Part shown: positions 60,058-64,000 of the stretch, one piece after another
Layout: each line of letters opens with the position of its first letter
Numbering within the stretch: position 1 is the stretch's first letter
Assembly: GCA_039194325.1 (NCBI GenBank)
Contig: JBCCWC010000013.1
Coordinates: 61,559-125,558 of the forward strand
Reading direction: 5' to 3'
Origin: Myxococcota bacterium
Lineage (GTDB): Bacteria; Myxococcota_A; Polyangia; Nannocystales; Nannocystaceae
Length of the DNA: 64,000 nucleotides
The notes under the pieces: generated by a model
What the model was told of the DNA's origin: nothing
The model's database searches: none
The model's input: only the letters and a program-made list of their open reading frames with translations
Made by a program: the position numbers and the translations under genes

Positions 60058-60897
60058 ATGCCCGAGCTACCCGAGGTCGAACGCGCCCGTCGCTTGATCG
60101 AGCAGGTCGCGGTCGGCCGTCGGATCGCTCGGGTTCGATGTGCAAACGATGAGATCGTCTTTAGCGGGGTGAAGCCGCGCACGGTCACGCGCACGCTCAC
60201 CGGCCGCGCGATCATGGCCAGTCGCCGCCGAGGTAAGCAGATGTGGTGGGAGCTCGACGAACGTCCCTGGCCCCTGTTCCACTTCGCGATGACGGGGCAG
60301 TTCGTCACCCCAGACGACGGTCCGCTGCGCTTGGCCGCTCATGGCAAGCGGCCGCTGGATCGCAGCTGGCCTCCCAAGTTTTGGAAGATCCTCGTGTGGC
60401 TGGACGACGGCGGGCAGCTGGCCATGACCAACGCCCGCCGCCTGGGGCGCATCCGCCTTCGGCATGATCCCGAGCGCGAGCCCCCGATCGCCACCCTGGG
60501 CTTCGATCCGCTGTACGAGATGCCGAGCGCGGCCGCGTTTGCCGAGCGATTGCGCGCTCGCAAGACCGTGCTCAAGGCCCTGCTGCTCGACCAGCGCTTC
60601 GTGGCCGGGATCGGCAACTGGATGGCCGACGAGATCCTCTATCAGGCCAAGATCGATCCCCGCCGCCGTGGCCACGAGCTGAGCAACGCCGAGGCCCAAC
60701 GGATCCACGCCCGGCTCGGCTCGATCGTGGGCCAGGCCTGCGCGGTCGATGCCGACAAGACCCTGTTCCCCCGCCGCTGGTTGTTCCACCATCGCTGGGG
60801 CAAGAACGCCGACGCTCGTACGGCCAAAGGAGAGCCCATCGAGTTCCTGGAGATCGGCGGGCGCACCACCGCGTGGGTGCCCAGGGTGCAGAAGTAG
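60058..60897 (+). CDS. mutM: Fpg/Nei family DNA glycosylase (zincless-finger type)
   Basis: MPELPEVE, RRGK, LLDQRFVAGIGNWMADE, GGRTTAWVPRVQ; no C-terminal zinc-finger Cys pairs. Confidence 0.92.
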   Translation: MPELPEVERARRLIEQVAVGRRIARVRCANDEIVFSGVKPRTVTRTLTGRAIMASRRRGKQMWWELDERPWPLFHFAMTGQFVTPDDGPLRLAAHGKRPLDRSWPPKFWKILVWLDDGGQLAMTNARRLGRIRLRHDPEREPPIATLGFDPLYEMPSAAAFAERLRARKTVLKALLLDQRFVAGIGNWMADEILYQAKIDPRRRGHELSNAEAQRIHARLGSIVGQACAVDADKTLFPRRWLFHHRWGKNADARTAKGEPIEFLEIGGRTTAWVPRVQK

Positions 60898-61021
60898 CGC
60901 TGCAGAAGTAGCGCCACGCGCTCCCGTAGCCCTCATCGCCGTGGGCACCCGCCGTACGCGTCTGCCGTACGCGTGTGGGGTCGGCCCAGTACTCCGTACC
61001 AGCCGAGCGATCGGCGCTCGA

Positions 61022-62221
61022 CTAGAGCAGCTTCAAGTAGTTGATGATGTCCGTCTTCTCCTGCTCGGTGAACGCAGGGAAGCCGGCGATCACGAAGTAG
61101 TCGCTGTAGTGGTCCATCATCTCCTCGAGCGTGGCCGCCGAGTTGTCGTGGAAATAGGGCGCGGTGTGCTCGACCCCCCACAACGTGGGTGTGCGGAATA
61201 GGTTCAGGTCGGCCAGATCTCCGGTGATGAGGGCACGACCGGGGTCGGGCGTCTGCACGATCGTGGTGGTGCCGTCGCCATTGTCGACCTCGAAGGTGTG
61301 CACCGGGAGGTTGCCCGGGTTCAGCTCGGAGACGAACGCAGTAAAGACGCGAACTCCCGCGGGCAAGGGCGGCTCGGGGAGGAACCCGCTGGTCTCGTTG
61401 AGCATGGGCCCATCGTGGCAAAAAGCGCACAGGCCATTGGGACCGGGCAAGAAGAACTCGCGCCCGCGGATCTCCGACTCGGTCTCACCGGGCGGCAGCT
61501 GCGGAGGCGGACCTCCCTTGAGCGCCCACTTCTTGAGCTTCTTGTTGTTGAAGAACTTCTTGGTCTGCTGAAAATCGGCGATGGCCTCCAGCTCCTGCGG
61601 AGTCGGCGGCCGTCCCGGCTCGGCATGGGCGTCGATCGCCCCGAGGGCCTGGGCCTCCAGCGAGTCGTACCGTGCGTCGTACATGAAGATGTCGTCGAGC
61701 GACGGCACGTTCATGGTGGTCGGGACCCCGCGCAGTAGCGTGACCTCCGTGGCCTGCGGATCGTCGACCAGGGTCCATCCCGGCGGCAGCGGGATCGTGA
61801 CGCGAACGGTGGCGTGGGCCAGCAATCGGCTGTAGTCGTTGCCTACGCCGTCATCGCTGTCGATGGAGCGAAACAGTGGCCCCGTAGGATCCTCGGCGTA
61901 GGCCGCCTGGACTTGCGCGGGCGAGAGCGCCCCCGTGCTCTTGGTATGACAAGTCCTACATGTCCGGCCATTGCCTTGGAACGTCTCCTTGTTGAAGAGC
62001 TTCTTGCCGTTGGGTGCATCGTCGTCGTCGTCGCAACCGTCATCGTCGTCGTCGTCGTCGTCGTCCGCCAGCGGCCCCCCCATGGCCACCAACGTGTCGT
62101 CGTTGAGTTCCGCTTCCGCGTCCTGTTTGATTTCGTCCCCGATCGTCGCCGTGGTGTCACATCCCCCTATGACACCTAGACTCACCCCGAGGACTACCTC
62201 ACGAGCTGTGTGTAGTCGCAT
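61022..62221 (-). CDS. Di-heme cytochrome c peroxidase-like lipoprotein
   Basis: GNGRTCRTCH, CAFCH, DPGRALITG...FRTPTLW...TAPYFHDNSAATLE. Confidence 0.85.
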   Translation of the reverse strand: MRLHTAREVVLGVSLGVIGGCDTTATIGDEIKQDAEAELNDDTLVAMGGPLADDDDDDDDDGCDDDDDAPNGKKLFNKETFQGNGRTCRTCHTKSTGALSPAQVQAAYAEDPTGPLFRSIDSDDGVGNDYSRLLAHATVRVTIPLPPGWTLVDDPQATEVTLLRGVPTTMNVPSLDDIFMYDARYDSLEAQALGAIDAHAEPGRPPTPQELEAIADFQQTKKFFNNKKLKKWALKGGPPPQLPPGETESEIRGREFFLPGPNGLCAFCHDGPMLNETSGFLPEPPLPAGVRVFTAFVSELNPGNLPVHTFEVDNGDGTTTIVQTPDPGRALITGDLADLNLFRTPTLWGVEHTAPYFHDNSAATLEEMMDHYSDYFVIAGFPAFTEQEKTDIINYLKLL

Positions 62222-62884
62222 AAGAGTTAATGTCGAGAATTGAGCGCATGAAGCAAGGACAAGCTTTTGCTCGCGGTCCTTTTGACCACTATTTCATGGT
62301 TAACACCACGGAATTACGAGCGTTTTCGCCAACCAGCAGCTTCTGGAACCGGTGGATTGCGAGCGATGGCGCTCACGATCGTCCGTGTAATTGCAAGCCT
62401 GATCCACTAAATCGCGCACGATCGGGACGCCGTTGGATGCCCGTTGACGAGGCTCGCGCCGGACAATGCCCTCGTTGGTATCACCCATCTTCGGCGCTCA
62501 GCACGCAGTACTAGTTTGAGACCCTGTGTGCACGGAATCATCGAGTCAAACCCACATAAATATTCTTGCTATCATAAGCATGCGCCAATAACGCTCCACT
62601 CACGCTACTGTCGAGAGGCACGATCACGTCACCCCGCCATGCCAGCGCCGCCTGCTTCAGCGGTAAGCACTACTCGCATCACTTCGATCACCCGCGAGAC
62701 TCCGCGTCAGTCGAGCCAGCCATCGTGGTGCCGGTCGGCGGCCTCCCATGGTGAGTAACCCGCGGCGCCGGCGGTCGGGGGCTGATCTGGACGATCGTCT
62801 GGCAACTCGAGGGCGGATCGTCGCGGCGGTTGGGGGCGCGGGCCTGAGCATCGGCACGCGAGTTCCATCGCAGGCGGCAGGCTT

Positions 62885-62930
62885 AGTGGTCCAGTGGTCC
62901 AGTGGTCCAGTGGTCCAGTGGTCCAGTGGT
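62885..62930. repeat. 8-bp tandem repeat (AGTGGTCC) x5.75
   Basis: Read directly from the sequence. Confidence 0.95.
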
Positions 62931-63095
62931 GACTTGGTCGACTGATATCCTGCGCCATGCTCCGGCCGAGGATCTCCGCATCGAGCAAACGATGGGAACT
63001 GGGCCCCGAGATCTGCCAGGTAGGGTATCGTCCCCTTGGGAAGGGGCCTTTTGGAGGACGCGACCCCAGGGAACGATCGTAGCGCACGGCCAGGC

Positions 63096-63929
<834 letters not shown>

Positions 63930-64000
63930 GTCCTCGACCAGGGCCCGCAGGTCGAAGGGACCGGCCTCCAGCACCATCTGCCCCGCCTCGATCTTGGAGA

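Noticed and set aside
62885..62930. CRISPR array
   Set aside because: 8-bp tandem units with no spacers, and no cas genes in the window.

Overview
High-GC window with the gene content of a myxobacterium (inferred from MYXO-CTERM-type tails, an ADYC-like protein, ECF-sigma/Ser-Thr kinase/TPR cassettes and many Cys-rich lipoproteins). Housekeeping and ordinary genes include gyrA, fpg/mutM, glpD, an S9 peptidase, two glycosyltransferases and a DUF1552/DUF1592 pair. The standout is a tightly packed minus-strand locus at 47850-52138, directly downstream of gyrA. It encodes a TROVE/Ro60-like helical + vWA protein, a coiled-coil protein with a divergent E2-like C-terminus, a JAB/JAMM peptidase, a putative ubiquitin-like protein and a ThiF/E1 enzyme. 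Twenty nt after the E1 stop lies a 123-nt RNA candidate: a tRNA-like core (D, anticodon and T arms, broken acceptor stem) closed by a long terminal stem, resembling a Y RNA. This looks like a ubiquitin-like conjugation system coupled to a Ro60/Y-RNA-type ribonucleoprotein; the TROVE, E2 and Ubl fold calls are by-eye inferences that need profile or structure searches. Other points of interest: a four-tRNA array (Gly, Gly, Ala, Trp) with non-canonical members and small leader ORFs, a Septu-like ATPase+HNH pair, a Fic toxin-antitoxin module, a degenerate ketosynthase pair, a surface pentaheme cytochrome, and a perfect 142-bp palindrome at the window end that interrupts a histidine kinase and is probably an artefact.
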